This document shows, piece after piece, positions 1 to 9,545 of a DNA stretch of 54,185 bases. The DNA comes from Eubacteriales bacterium (GTDB taxonomy: Bacteria; Bacillota; Clostridia; Oscillospirales; CAG-272), in assembly GCA_045596505.1 (NCBI GenBank), contig JAZOCO010000005.1, positions 1 to 54,185 of the forward strand. The letters are read 5' to 3'. The number at the start of each line of letters is the position of its first letter. The stretch's first letter is position 1. The translations under genes and the position numbers were made by a program. The notes below the pieces were generated by a model. That model worked only from the letters and a program-made list of their open reading frames with translations. It was not told where the DNA came from and ran no database searches.

Positions 1-519
1 TCCGCACTGCTTTTCCTGTCGGGCGTGTTTTTGTTCACGTGGCCCGATATTGGCGGCATTGCCGCACGGTGGCTGGTAGGTGCCAATCTGATCGCGACGG
101 GCGCCGTTCGTCTGCTCGGATACTTTGCCAACGACCTGTACCGTCTCGCCTTTCAGTACGATTTCGCACTTGGCGGCGTTTCCGCCATTCTCGGGTGCCT
201 GATCTTTATATACCCCGACAAGGTCACGGAGCTTTTGCCCTACGTGCTTGGCACGTATATCATCCTTGACGGTCTTTTCAAGCTGCAAACGGCATTTGAT
301 GCCAAGGCGTTCGGTATGAAAAAATGGGTGGGTCTTCTCATTTCCGCCATCGCCGTTTCGGTATGCGGGATCGTGGTGCTGGTGGGCGCGACCGCCTGGA
401 ACCGTGTGATCCTTTCGGGCATTGCCCTCGCGGTCGATGCGGCGGAAAACATTTGGAACACCATGGCTACGGTACGCGTGCGTGCCAAGGATAAGCCGCA
501 TCTTGAAGAATTACTTTAA
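1..519 (+). CDS. HdeD/DUF308-family membrane protein (5' end probably lies outside the window)
   Basis: ORF 25..519. The frame stays open back to base 1. Serial hydrophobic helices with a glycine-rich DUF308-like pattern. Confidence 0.55.
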   Translation, partial: SALLFLSGVFLFTWPDIGGIAARWLVGANLIATGAVRLLGYFANDLYRLAFQYDFALGGVSAILGCLIFIYPDKVTELLPYVLGTYIILDGLFKLQTAFDAKAFGMKKWVGLLISAIAVSVCGIVVLVGATAWNRVILSGIALAVDAAENIWNTMATVRVRAKDKPHLEELL

Positions 520-545
520 AAATTAAGATTTAGGAGATACATACC

Positions 546-1430
546 ATGCAAAAGATCAAAATTTTCACAGACTCCTGCGCCGACCTCGGCGGGGACATTC
601 GCACAAAGTACGATATCGGCCTTGTAAAAATGCGTACCGTTGACGAGGGCAAGGAAACGCCCGCGGATCTCAGTGACGTTGATTACATTCGAGCCATTTA
701 CAAAAAGATCCGTGAAACGGGCAAGCGGATCTTCACCACACAGGTTCCGATGGCTGAGCTTGAACAGGCGTTTAGCGCCGCCGTTGAGGCGGGCTATGCC
801 GTCCTTTACGTTGGCTGTGCCCTGCCCATGTCAAGCTCCGTAAATACGGCATCGGTCGTGGCAAAGCAGCTGATCGAAAAATATCCTGATGCCACCATTC
901 GCTGCGTCGATTCCACCAACTGCTCCCTTGGAGAGGGCATGCTCGCCGTTTACGCCGCCGAGCTGCGCGATAGCGGCAAGACCTTAGACGAGATCGTTGA
1001 AGCGCTTGAGGTGCGCAAGCACGAGATCAACCAGTTTGTGACGGTCGGCTCGCTTGATATGCTGAGAAAATCGGGGCGCGTAAAGGGCTCTGCCGCATTT
1101 TTTGGCAATCTCCTTGGCGTGAAGCCCATCATCATTTCCGATTATAACGGTCAAAACGTGCCCATCGTAAAGGTGAAGGGACGTCGCGCGTCGCTTGATA
1201 AGCTGGTAGAGCTCACCCGCGAGGCGGTGATCGACCCCGCTGAGCAGACCGTTTATATCGCCCACGCGGATTGTGCCGAGGATGCCGAGTACCTGCGCCG
1301 CGAGCTGATCGAAAAGGTCGGCTTTAAGGACGCCTACATCTATTTCATCGGTCCTATCGTGGGTGTTTGCATCGGGCCCGATGCCATTGGCACTTGGTGT
1401 GTTGGAAAAAAAGTAGAGCAAGCAATTTAA
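546..1430 (+). CDS. DegV family fatty-acid-binding protein (FakB-like), copy 1
   Basis: 294-aa ORF. N-terminus KIKIFTDSCADL is typical of DegV, and there is a GSLDMLRKSGRV motif. AGGAG RBS upstream. Confidence 0.85.
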   Translation: MQKIKIFTDSCADLGGDIRTKYDIGLVKMRTVDEGKETPADLSDVDYIRAIYKKIRETGKRIFTTQVPMAELEQAFSAAVEAGYAVLYVGCALPMSSSVNTASVVAKQLIEKYPDATIRCVDSTNCSLGEGMLAVYAAELRDSGKTLDEIVEALEVRKHEINQFVTVGSLDMLRKSGRVKGSAAFFGNLLGVKPIIISDYNGQNVPIVKVKGRRASLDKLVELTREAVIDPAEQTVYIAHADCAEDAEYLRRELIEKVGFKDAYIYFIGPIVGVCIGPDAIGTWCVGKKVEQAI

Positions 1431-1457
1431 TTTCCGTTTGATTGTAAGGAGAGCAAC

Positions 1458-3125
1458 ATGGCAACCTATGAACTAAACGGCGCGCTGTTTGCCGATATGG
1501 TTCGCGGCGGCGCGGGAAATCTGCGTGCCAACGCACAAGTGGTCAATGACCTAAACGTATTCCCCATCCCCGACGGTGACACGGGTGACAATATGTCCCT
1601 GACGATGGCAGGCGGCGACGCCGTTTTGCGTGACGTGGCATCTGATTCCATCTCTTATATTGCAAGCAAGCTGGCAAACGGCATGCTGCTTGGCGCACGT
1701 GGCAACTCGGGCGTGATCCTGTCCCAGCTCTTTGCAGGCATTGCCAAGGGGCTTGATGGCGTGGAACGCGCGGACGCGGCTGCACTCGGGCACGCCTTTG
1801 AGATGGGTGTTAAGCAAGCGTACAGCGCCGTCATGACCCCCACGGAGGGCACGATCCTCACGGTTGCGCGCGAGGCGACCGAATATGCGGTATCGCGCAT
1901 CTCGGATAGCACCACGCTTGAGGATTTCTTTTCGAATTTTATCAAGGAAATGCGCGATTCCCTGCGACGCACGCCCGATCTGCTTCCTATCCTAAAGGAA
2001 TCAGGCGTGATCGACAGCGGAGGTGCGGGGCTGGTATACGTGATAGAGGGCATGAGCAAGATCTTAAACGGCGAAAAGGTGGAGGAGGTGGCTTCCCCTG
2101 CACCCGCTGCCACCGCCGCAGCTCCCGATCTTTCCGCATTTACCGCGGACAGTGAGATGAAATTCGGCTACTGCACCGAGTTTTTGCTTCAACTGCAAAA
2201 CAGCAAGGTGGATGCCGAGAGCTTCCCTGCTAAAACCGTGGCAGATCAGCTTGCCGCGATGGGTGGCGAATCCATCGTATGCTTTAAAACAGGCACCGTC
2301 ATTAAGGTGCATGTGCACACAATGACACCCGGTAACGTGTTGGCACATTGCCAGCAATACGGCGAGTTTTTAACGCTGAAGGTAGAGAACATGGCGCTTC
2401 AGCACAGCGAGGCAAAGGTGGAGGATCGTTTCACCCCCGAAGCCCCGCAAAAGCAGGAGCACAAGGCGTTTGGCGTGGTTGCCGTTGCCGCGGGCGAGGG
2501 CATTAAGGAAACCTTCAGGTCCCTTGGTGCTAACGTGATCGTGGAGGGCGGTCAGACCATGAACCCCTCCTCCGAGGATTTTCTTGCCGCTTTTGAAGAG
2601 GTGAATGCAGACACCATCTACGTGCTGCCAAACAACAGCAATATTACGCTGACCGCAAGACAGGCGGCAGGGCTTTTTGACAAGGCGGACGTGCGCGTGC
2701 TAAACAGCAAGACCATCGGTGACGGCTATGCCGCACTCACCATGCTTGATTTCGAAAGCGGCGATGCCGATCTCATTGAACAGAGCCTAAACGAGGCAAT
2801 GTCGGGGGTCTTAACGGGACTTGTCACACAGTCCGTACGCGATTCACACCTTGGCGGTCTTGATATTGCCAAAAACGATTATATCGGCTTTGTGGGAAAA
2901 GAAATGCTCGCCGATGCCAAGACCGCGAGCGGTGCCGCCTGTGACCTGCTCCGTGCCGTTGATATGACTGAGCGCGAGGTGATCATTGCCATTTGCGGCA
3001 AGGATACGACGGCAAATGATATGGAGGCGGTGCGCCTGTTTGTAAAGGAAGCCTACCCCCTTGTCGAGCTTTTTGAGATCGACGGCGGTCAGGATATCTA
3101 CAATTTCATTTTCGTAATTGAATAA
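1458..3125 (+). CDS. DAK2 domain-containing protein (YloV/FakA-like fatty acid kinase subunit), copy 1
   Basis: 555-aa ORF. DhaL-type motif NVFPIPDGDTGDNM, then LGARGNSGVILSQ and TPTEGTILTV. Starts 28 nt after the degV copy. Confidence 0.85.
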   Translation: MATYELNGALFADMVRGGAGNLRANAQVVNDLNVFPIPDGDTGDNMSLTMAGGDAVLRDVASDSISYIASKLANGMLLGARGNSGVILSQLFAGIAKGLDGVERADAAALGHAFEMGVKQAYSAVMTPTEGTILTVAREATEYAVSRISDSTTLEDFFSNFIKEMRDSLRRTPDLLPILKESGVIDSGGAGLVYVIEGMSKILNGEKVEEVASPAPAATAAAPDLSAFTADSEMKFGYCTEFLLQLQNSKVDAESFPAKTVADQLAAMGGESIVCFKTGTVIKVHVHTMTPGNVLAHCQQYGEFLTLKVENMALQHSEAKVEDRFTPEAPQKQEHKAFGVVAVAAGEGIKETFRSLGANVIVEGGQTMNPSSEDFLAAFEEVNADTIYVLPNNSNITLTARQAAGLFDKADVRVLNSKTIGDGYAALTMLDFESGDADLIEQSLNEAMSGVLTGLVTQSVRDSHLGGLDIAKNDYIGFVGKEMLADAKTASGAACDLLRAVDMTEREVIIAICGKDTTANDMEAVRLFVKEAYPLVELFEIDGGQDIYNFIFVIE

Positions 3126-3145
3126 AAAGCTTTTAGAAAGATAAA

Positions 3146-3177
3146 GGCGCTTATGACGAAAGCTCGTCATAAGCGCC
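3146..3177. terminator. Bidirectional intrinsic terminator between convergent genes
   Basis: 14-bp perfect stem GGCGCTTATGACGA / TCGTCATAAGCGCC with a 4-nt loop, followed by a T-rich tract. Confidence 0.7.
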
Positions 3178-3201
3178 CTTTGTTTTAGCGACAAAGACAT
3201 T

Positions 3202-3798
3202 TCACCCCCTGATCGCAACGCCCGACCAAAGGAATATAATGATCTGTGCGGGGATCCCCAAAAGATAAATGAGCCAAACGTTTACACCTGCCACCAAGAG
3301 GGTCACGTGTGCGGCTGCAAGCACCGTCCACATAAGGAGTGAAACGATGAGATAATTGCGGCGACGGTTGAACCAAATAGAGTTCATAATAAGCCACACC
3401 ACCATCGAAACGGGAACTGCCCACACAAAGGTAAGCCACGCAACACCGATCCTTTTTGTCGCCAGCTGAATTGCCACAAAGGCGGTGGTCGCCACCATCC
3501 AGACCAGCAAAACGCCAAGCCAGGCAATGACGCCGCGGCGGCGTCCCCGCGCTACGGTCTTTGCGACGGGCGGCGCTTCCCTTTTATGTGTTTCCTCTAA
3601 AAGGTAATCCACTGAGACAAGAAAGATATCCGCTATGTTCTTTAAGACAGCAATATCGGGCAGAGATTCCCCTCTTTCCCACTTGGAGATCGCCTTATCG
3701 CTGTAATTGAGCCTTTCGGCAAGCTCAAGCTGGGTCATATTGTTATCGCGGCGCAGCTCGGCTATATTTCGGGCAATACTGTTTCTTAGCACACGCAT
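3202..3798 (-). CDS. XRE-family helix-turn-helix transcriptional regulator with C-terminal transmembrane region
   Basis: HTH_3 signature NNMTQLELAERLNYSDKAISKWERGESLPD, followed by 3-4 hydrophobic helices. Start is ambiguous: ATG at 3798 or 3834. Confidence 0.75.
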   Translation of the reverse strand: MRVLRNSIARNIAELRRDNNMTQLELAERLNYSDKAISKWERGESLPDIAVLKNIADIFLVSVDYLLEETHKREAPPVAKTVARGRRRGVIAWLGVLLVWMVATTAFVAIQLATKRIGVAWLTFVWAVPVSMVVWLIMNSIWFNRRRNYLIVSLLMWTVLAAAHVTLLVAGVNVWLIYLLGIPAQIIIFLWSGVAIRG

Positions 3799-3965
3799 TC
3801 TCCCTTCGGCTGTGTTTTTATTATCATAACACATTTAAAGGAAAAATGCAAGAGAATTCGGGCGTTTTTCGCCACCGTTTGCCCTTATCTACTGCCAGTA
3901 GAGCCGATTTTTGCCGTTCTACTGTTACAAATTTCAAAGTATAGTAATATTTCACAGCACCCCAA

Positions 3966-3994
3966 TTGACTTTGCGTGCATTTTGAGATATAAT
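3966..3994 (+). promoter_or_regulatory. Sigma-A type promoter for the second degV-DAK2 pair
   Basis: TTGACT (3966-3971), 17-nt spacer, TATAAT (3989-3994). Confidence 0.6.
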
Positions 3995-4038
3995 ATATAT
4001 GTATGATTATGGAAAAATGAGAACAGGAGGCATCCATA

Positions 4039-4911
4039 GTGCAAAGCAACACCTTTAAAATTTATACCGACTCCGGTTGTGATATCCCCCCTGCCCTGCT
4101 TGAGGATTGGGGCGTGGCATGTGAAAGCCTCACCTTCCGCTTCAACGACAGTGAGCAGGAATACGCCAACGGCGATATGCCCACAAAGGAATTTTATCAA
4201 AAGATGCGTGATGGCGGCGTTGCCAAAACTGCTGCGATCAATACGGAAACCTTTGCCCACGCGTTTTCAAAGGCGCTTGACGAGGGGCTTGACGTTCTTT
4301 ATATCGGCTTTTCCTCGGGCATCAGCAACACGTTCAATGCCGGACGCCTCGCGGCAGAGGAGCTGTGCCCGCGCTATCCCGACCGAAAGATCGTTGCCAT
4401 CGATTCGCTCTGTGCATCCGCCGGCGAGGGGCTTCTTGTGTACCTTGCCGTTTTAAAGGCGCGGGAGGGCGCAGATCTTGAGGAGGTCGCGGCATACGTG
4501 GAGGCGACCCGCCCACAGCTCTGCCACTGGTTCACGGTAGATAATCTTGTGTATTTAAAGCGCGGCGGCAGAGTCAGCCCCACCACGGCGCTGATCGGCA
4601 ACACCCTCCACATCAAGCCTGTGATGCACGTGGATGATGAGGGCAAGCTGGTAAAGGTCAGCACCGCGCACGGACGCAAGAAATCCATTGCCACAATGGC
4701 TGAAAAATACAAGGAGCTCGCAATAACCCCCGCCACGGGGCATGTTTTCATCTCACACGGTGACTGTGAGGAGGATGCAACGCTGCTTGCAAAAATGCTA
4801 AAGGAACAAAACGGTGTTGAGGTAGAGCTCATCACCGACGTCGGTCCCGTGATCGGTGCACACTCAGGCCCCGGCACGCTGGCACTCTTCTTCGTCGGCC
4901 GTACACGCTGA
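4039..4911 (+). CDS. DegV family fatty-acid-binding protein (FakB-like), copy 2
   Basis: 290-aa ORF with GTG start after a GGAGG RBS. Motifs FKIYTDSGCDI and DNLVYLKRGGRV. Confidence 0.85.
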   Translation: MQSNTFKIYTDSGCDIPPALLEDWGVACESLTFRFNDSEQEYANGDMPTKEFYQKMRDGGVAKTAAINTETFAHAFSKALDEGLDVLYIGFSSGISNTFNAGRLAAEELCPRYPDRKIVAIDSLCASAGEGLLVYLAVLKAREGADLEEVAAYVEATRPQLCHWFTVDNLVYLKRGGRVSPTTALIGNTLHIKPVMHVDDEGKLVKVSTAHGRKKSIATMAEKYKELAITPATGHVFISHGDCEEDATLLAKMLKEQNGVEVELITDVGPVIGAHSGPGTLALFFVGRTR

Positions 4912-4939
4912 CAAATATCAGATTTTTAAGAGGTGCGTT

Positions 4940-6622
4940 ATGGATAAGAACACCGAAAAGGACAACAATCAATTTCTTGACGGTCATCTGCTGGCGCAGA
5001 TGGCGCAGGGCGGCGCGGCACTGCTGCGCTCTAACGCCGATGAGGTCAATAAGCTAAACGTCTTCCCCGTACCCGACGGCGACACGGGCGACAATATGCG
5101 CATGACTATTGAGAGCGGCATTGCAGCACTCGAAAAGGTGGACTCCGGTGACCTTGCCGAAGTAATGAAAACTCTCTCGCACGGCATGCTGCTTGGCGCA
5201 CGCGGCAACTCAGGCGTGATACTCTCCCAGCTCTTTGCAGGTATGGCAAAGGGCTTTGACAGCTGTGAAAAGGCGGACGCAACCACCATCGGCCACGCGC
5301 TCACGCTTGGCGTAAAGCAGGCGTATAATTCCGTGATGACCCCCACCGAGGGCACGATCCTCACGGTTGCGCGCGAATCCGTTGAGTATGCAGTTTCACG
5401 CATCACATCCGCAAGCACCATTCGCAGCTTCTTCGGCGATCTGGTGCGTGAAATGCACGCGTCGCTTGAACGCACGCCCGATCTTCTCACGACCCTCAAG
5501 GAAGCAGGCGTAGTGGACAGTGGCGGTGCGGGACTTTTGTACATTATGGATGGCTTTAACAAGATCCTCAACGGTGAGGAAATTGAGGATAACGCCCCCT
5601 CTCTTGTGGCGCAAAAGCCTATGGTGGACCTGAGCGCCTTCACCGCTGACAGTGAAATGACCTATGGCTACTGCACCGAGCTGCTGCTCCAGCTGCAAAA
5701 CAGCAAGGTGGATGCCGAGAATTTTGACAACAGTATCATCACCGAATTCCTATGCAGCATTGGTGATTCGGTAGTATCCTTTAAAACGGGTACGATCGTA
5801 AAGATCCACGTGCATACTCTCACCCCCGATAAGGTGCTGGCGTTTTGCCGCCAATATGGCGAATTCCTCACGGTAAAGATCGAAAACATGTCGGTTCAGC
5901 ATAACGAAAGTATTGCCGAGGAGAATGCCCCCGCACCTACCACGCCCGCCGAGAAAAAGCGCTACGGTATGGTGGCAGTCGCCAGCGGCAAGGGCGTGGC
6001 TGATACCTTCCTTGAGCTGGGTGTTGACACCATTGTTGAGGGTGGGCAGACCCAAAACCCCTCCACCAACGATTTCCTTGACGCCTTTGCCAAAGTAAAT
6101 GCAGAGCACATTTTCGTGTTCCCCAATAACGGCAATATTTTAATGGCGGCAAAGCAGGCGGCGCAAATTTATACCGACGCCACGATCCACGTGATCGAGA
6201 GCAAAAATCTTGGTGACGGCTACGTTTCCATTTGCGCGGCAGATTTTGATAACGAAGATGCCGATGCTGTTGCCGCAGGCTTTAAGGATGCAATGGCAAA
6301 TGTGGTGACGGGCTACGTTTCCCCCTCGATCCGCGACGCAGAGCTTAGCGGCGTGCAGATCAAAAACGGCGATTTTATCGGCTTTATTGGCAAGCAGATG
6401 CTCACCTCTAACGTCAACAAGGCAGATACCGCCCACGCACTCATTGCAAAGATGCTTGAGGATGGCGAGAAATTTATGCTAACCGTTTTCTGCGGCAAGG
6501 ATAACACCACCGAGGAAAAAGCGGCGCTGGAGGCATACGTCGGCGAGCAGTACCCCGACCTTGAGATATACTTTATCGATGGCGGGCAGGATGTTTATCC
6601 CTTCATTTTTGTAGCAGAATAA
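4940..6622 (+). CDS. DAK2 domain-containing protein (YloV/FakA-like), copy 2
   Basis: ATG at 4940 after an AAGAGG RBS; the longer ORF from 4856 overlaps degV. Same motifs as copy 1: NVFPVPDGDTGDNM, LGARGNSGVILSQ, TPTEGTILTV. Confidence 0.85.
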   Translation: MDKNTEKDNNQFLDGHLLAQMAQGGAALLRSNADEVNKLNVFPVPDGDTGDNMRMTIESGIAALEKVDSGDLAEVMKTLSHGMLLGARGNSGVILSQLFAGMAKGFDSCEKADATTIGHALTLGVKQAYNSVMTPTEGTILTVARESVEYAVSRITSASTIRSFFGDLVREMHASLERTPDLLTTLKEAGVVDSGGAGLLYIMDGFNKILNGEEIEDNAPSLVAQKPMVDLSAFTADSEMTYGYCTELLLQLQNSKVDAENFDNSIITEFLCSIGDSVVSFKTGTIVKIHVHTLTPDKVLAFCRQYGEFLTVKIENMSVQHNESIAEENAPAPTTPAEKKRYGMVAVASGKGVADTFLELGVDTIVEGGQTQNPSTNDFLDAFAKVNAEHIFVFPNNGNILMAAKQAAQIYTDATIHVIESKNLGDGYVSICAADFDNEDADAVAAGFKDAMANVVTGYVSPSIRDAELSGVQIKNGDFIGFIGKQMLTSNVNKADTAHALIAKMLEDGEKFMLTVFCGKDNTTEEKAALEAYVGEQYPDLEIYFIDGGQDVYPFIFVAE

Positions 6623-6631
6623 TAAAAAAGC

Positions 6632-6663
6632 AGGGCAACTCAAATTGCAATTTGAGTTGCCCT
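6632..6663. terminator. Intrinsic terminator hairpin (CAAAT..ATTTG family)
   Basis: AGGGCAACTCAAAT TGC AATTTGAGTTGCCCT, followed by TTTCC. Confidence 0.65.
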
Positions 6664-6700
6664 TTCCTTAAAGGGTGGGCGCTGTGCACAGCGTCCCTTT

Positions 6701-7159
6701 TTAACTTTTTAGTGCTTTTTTACCGGTTACAAGGCTGGCGATCACCGATACTGTGACAATGCCGCCTCCAATACCGATCCCGATAAGGAGCGCACGCACC
6801 AAATAATACGTGCAGTCCTCAAAGTTGCCCGACAAAAGGTGACACATAGTATAATACAGATCACTTCCCGGCACGATGGGGATCGTGCCCGGCACCAAAA
6901 AGACAGGGGCGGGGGCGCGCCTTGTGCGCGCACAGCACTCCGCAAAAGTGGTTGCCACCGCACTTGCGGCAAACGCCGCCAAGAAAAGCGAGCCGCCGAA
7001 AAAAACAACGCTATAATATAGCACCCACGTCAAGATGCCGCACACGCCGGCAAACGGCAAATGCCGCACACGCACCTTAAAAAGAACCGCAAAGCCAAGC
7101 GTGCCAAGGAGGGCTGTTAAAAGCTTTAGGAAAAAGTTTACCGTAAAAAAGCCACTCAT
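6701..7159 (-). CDS. Threonine/serine exporter family protein (ThrE_2 / DUF3815-like small subunit)
   Basis: ATG at 7159 overlaps the upstream stop (ATGA). All-hydrophobic, about 150 aa, paired with the ThrE gene. Confidence 0.7.
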   Translation of the reverse strand: MSGFFTVNFFLKLLTALLGTLGFAVLFKVRVRHLPFAGVCGILTWVLYYSVVFFGGSLFLAAFAASAVATTFAECCARTRRAPAPVFLVPGTIPIVPGSDLYYTMCHLLSGNFEDCTYYLVRALLIGIGIGGGIVTVSVIASLVTGKKALKS

Positions 7160-7944
7160 ACCGCACCTCCCATCACCGCCATGGAAAGCAGATATCCAAA
7201 TGCGATCATCAGGGCGGCAAGCACCGCTTGCACAGTTTTCAGACCGCCTGCGATCAAATCGCCGCACAAGAGGTCGCGAAGTGCCGTACCAAACGCAACG
7301 CCCGGCACCAGTAGCATAATGGTGCCGATCATAATGATGCCACTACCTACGCCGCTGACAAGCAGCGCCGCGACGGAGGACAAAAGACCTGCTACAAATG
7401 CAGACACCACCGTTTTGGCAAGCTCGTTTACACGGTCCGTCGCAAACAGATCGATAAGCCCCAGCAGCGCGCCGATCAGAAGTGCCGCGATCGCCTCCGC
7501 GACGCCGCCACCGAAAAACACCGCAAATGCCGATGCCGCAACGGCGGAAGCGGGCACGCCCGCCCATTTTGGATACGCGTGACGCCCCTTTACCTCCTTG
7601 ATACGTGCATCTACCATCTCAAGCGGCGGCACATCCCGACAGATCCCGCGCGAGATGGCGTTAAACAGCTCCAATTTATACATATCTGTGCCCGTTGTGC
7701 GAATGCGCCGCATCTGCGACGAATGCGTGCCGTCCGGCATATGCACCGCCGCATTGATCACGGAAATGATGCTGAACACCTCAACGTGCACCGCGCCGTA
7801 TGCGCGGCAGATGCGTTCAATGGTTCTTTCCACACGGCTGACCTCGCCGCCGCTTTTGAGCATTCCCTCTCCGACGTCAAGCGCAAGGCACAGCACCGAC
7901 TCAGCAAAGCTCGGCTGGCCCCCCGTTACTTTTACCGTTTCCAT
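7156..7944 (-). CDS. Threonine/serine exporter ThrE family protein (DUF1212)
   Basis: 262-aa ORF. N-terminal soluble segment LDVGEGMLKSGGEVSRVERTI, followed by TM helices. Confidence 0.75.
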   Translation of the reverse strand: METVKVTGGQPSFAESVLCLALDVGEGMLKSGGEVSRVERTIERICRAYGAVHVEVFSIISVINAAVHMPDGTHSSQMRRIRTTGTDMYKLELFNAISRGICRDVPPLEMVDARIKEVKGRHAYPKWAGVPASAVAASAFAVFFGGGVAEAIAALLIGALLGLIDLFATDRVNELAKTVVSAFVAGLLSSVAALLVSGVGSGIIMIGTIMLLVPGVAFGTALRDLLCGDLIAGGLKTVQAVLAALMIAFGYLLSMAVMGGAV

Positions 7945-7974
7945 ATTTCCTCACAGTTCCTGTTATTGAAGCAC

Positions 7975-8685
7975 TCAAAGTGCCTCGATAAATTGTAGCA
8001 GATCATCGTAGCCGCCGTTTGGATATACGGAAACGTCGGCATTGTTTTTGTTGATCAGGTAGTCCGTCAGCAAAAACACCTGCATGCCAACCGCCGTGGC
8101 AGGCTCCATATCGTCGGTCACATCGTTGCCCACCATCAGGCACTCGGCAGGGTCACGACCGATCCTTGCCAAGACCTCACGGTAATACCCCTCGCTTGGC
8201 TTGCAATAGGTGCTGTTTTCATATGTGGTATAGAGCACAAAATCCGATGGCTTTAGCCCCACGTATCCCATGCGCGTTTCTGTCGCAATAGCGGGAAAGG
8301 CGGGGGCTGTGGCAAGGACTGCGAGCAATCCTTTATCCTTTACAGCGCGAACGATCCTTTTCGGGCGCTCGTCAAAGCCGCAAAAAGCGCGTGTTCTTGG
8401 AAAATCCTTTTCGTAAAACTCATCAAAGAGCGAAATGGGGGGCAGGGCTTCCTTCGTGTAAAAGCTGCCAAAGACCTCCCAAAACAGCGCCTCGTTCGTT
8501 TTGGTGCCATCGTTTGCCACCATCGCATCCGTACCCGCAAGCAATGCCTTCATAAAAGTCGCGGCGTCGTAACCGCTTTTCACCATCTTTTCGGTCAAAA
8601 GTCCGAAATAGCCCTTCAAAAAACGGTTCTGATCCATGGGAAGGAGTGTCCCGTCAAGATCAAACAAAACTGCTTTGATCGCCAT
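7975..8685 (-). CDS. HAD family hydrolase
   Basis: Start MAIKAVLFDLDGTLL carries HAD motif I (DxDGT); GNDVTDD is motif IV. The start overlaps the upstream stop by 1 nt. Confidence 0.8.
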   Translation of the reverse strand: MAIKAVLFDLDGTLLPMDQNRFLKGYFGLLTEKMVKSGYDAATFMKALLAGTDAMVANDGTKTNEALFWEVFGSFYTKEALPPISLFDEFYEKDFPRTRAFCGFDERPKRIVRAVKDKGLLAVLATAPAFPAIATETRMGYVGLKPSDFVLYTTYENSTYCKPSEGYYREVLARIGRDPAECLMVGNDVTDDMEPATAVGMQVFLLTDYLINKNNADVSVYPNGGYDDLLQFIEAL

Positions 8686-9545
8686 TATTTTATCCCCCTT
8701 GCCGCACGGTACGTCTGCTGCATAAAGAGTGCGTCCTCGCTCATCGTGCCTGCCGACTCGCAAATAATGCGGGGGGAAAGTCCATCCTTTACAAGTGCCT
8801 CGGCAAGCGGCTCAAAGCAAGGTCCGTATTGGGTGTCAGCGAACGTAAGATGCTTTTTTTCGCCCGCATCCGTAAATTCGATCTTTGAAAAATGGCAGTG
8901 CATATACCGTGCCTTTTCATCGCCCAGCTTCGCGGCGACTGTGTCAAACACGCGGCGATAGCTGTCCGCATCGGGGAACACACCCCCTCGCTCGCGCGCA
9001 TTCATGTGCCCAAAGTCCACCACGGGATAAAAATGCTCATCAGTGGCGCAAAGCTCCAGCATCTCCACGAGCGTGCCCAGCTGGTTTACCTTTCCCATGG
9101 TTTCAAGCCCTATATGAATGGGCGTGTCGCCCACCGCCTCCAGCACCTTTAAAAGGGTGTCCCTTGAGAGCGCCATCGCCTCGGCGCGGCTGATCTTGGC
9201 AGCGGACCCGCAGTGCACCACGATGGTGTCTGCCGAAAGCCACTCTGCCGCCTGCAGAGAACGCACGATATACCCCACGCTATTCAGGCGCTTTTCGGGA
9301 TCAACGCCCGAAAGCGAGATAAAATAGGGCGTGTGCAACGACAGCTCAATGCCGTATCTTTTCCCCTCCTCGCCAATGGCGCGCAGGGTCTTTTCGCCAA
9401 CGTTCAGTCCCTTTCCCGCCTCAAATTCATATGCGCCAAGTCCGATCTCGGCTAAATATCTCGGCGCCTCAATAGTAGATTTATAGCCCCTTGCGTAAAA
9501 ATCCTCGCTATTGCCGCCGGGGCCGAAAACCGCTTCTTTTCTCAT
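8685..9545 (-). CDS. TIM-barrel protein, AP endonuclease family 2 / sugar-phosphate isomerase-like (endonuclease IV-like)
   Basis: 286-aa ORF. Histidine-rich metal-site pattern (LHTPY, VVHCGS, DFGHM, MHCHFS) resembling the xylose-isomerase-like TIM barrel. Confidence 0.55.
   Translation of the reverse strand: MRKEAVFGPGGNSEDFYARGYKSTIEAPRYLAEIGLGAYEFEAGKGLNVGEKTLRAIGEEGKRYGIELSLHTPYFISLSGVDPEKRLNSVGYIVRSLQAAEWLSADTIVVHCGSAAKISRAEAMALSRDTLLKVLEAVGDTPIHIGLETMGKVNQLGTLVEMLELCATDEHFYPVVDFGHMNARERGGVFPDADSYRRVFDTVAAKLGDEKARYMHCHFSKIEFTDAGEKKHLTFADTQYGPCFEPLAEALVKDGLSPRIICESAGTMSEDALFMQQTYRAARGIK

Noticed and set aside
4856-4939. Longer start for the second DAK2 gene
   Set aside because: It would overlap the end of degV by 56 nt in another frame. 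AAGAGG plus the ATG at 4940 matches the start of paralog 1.
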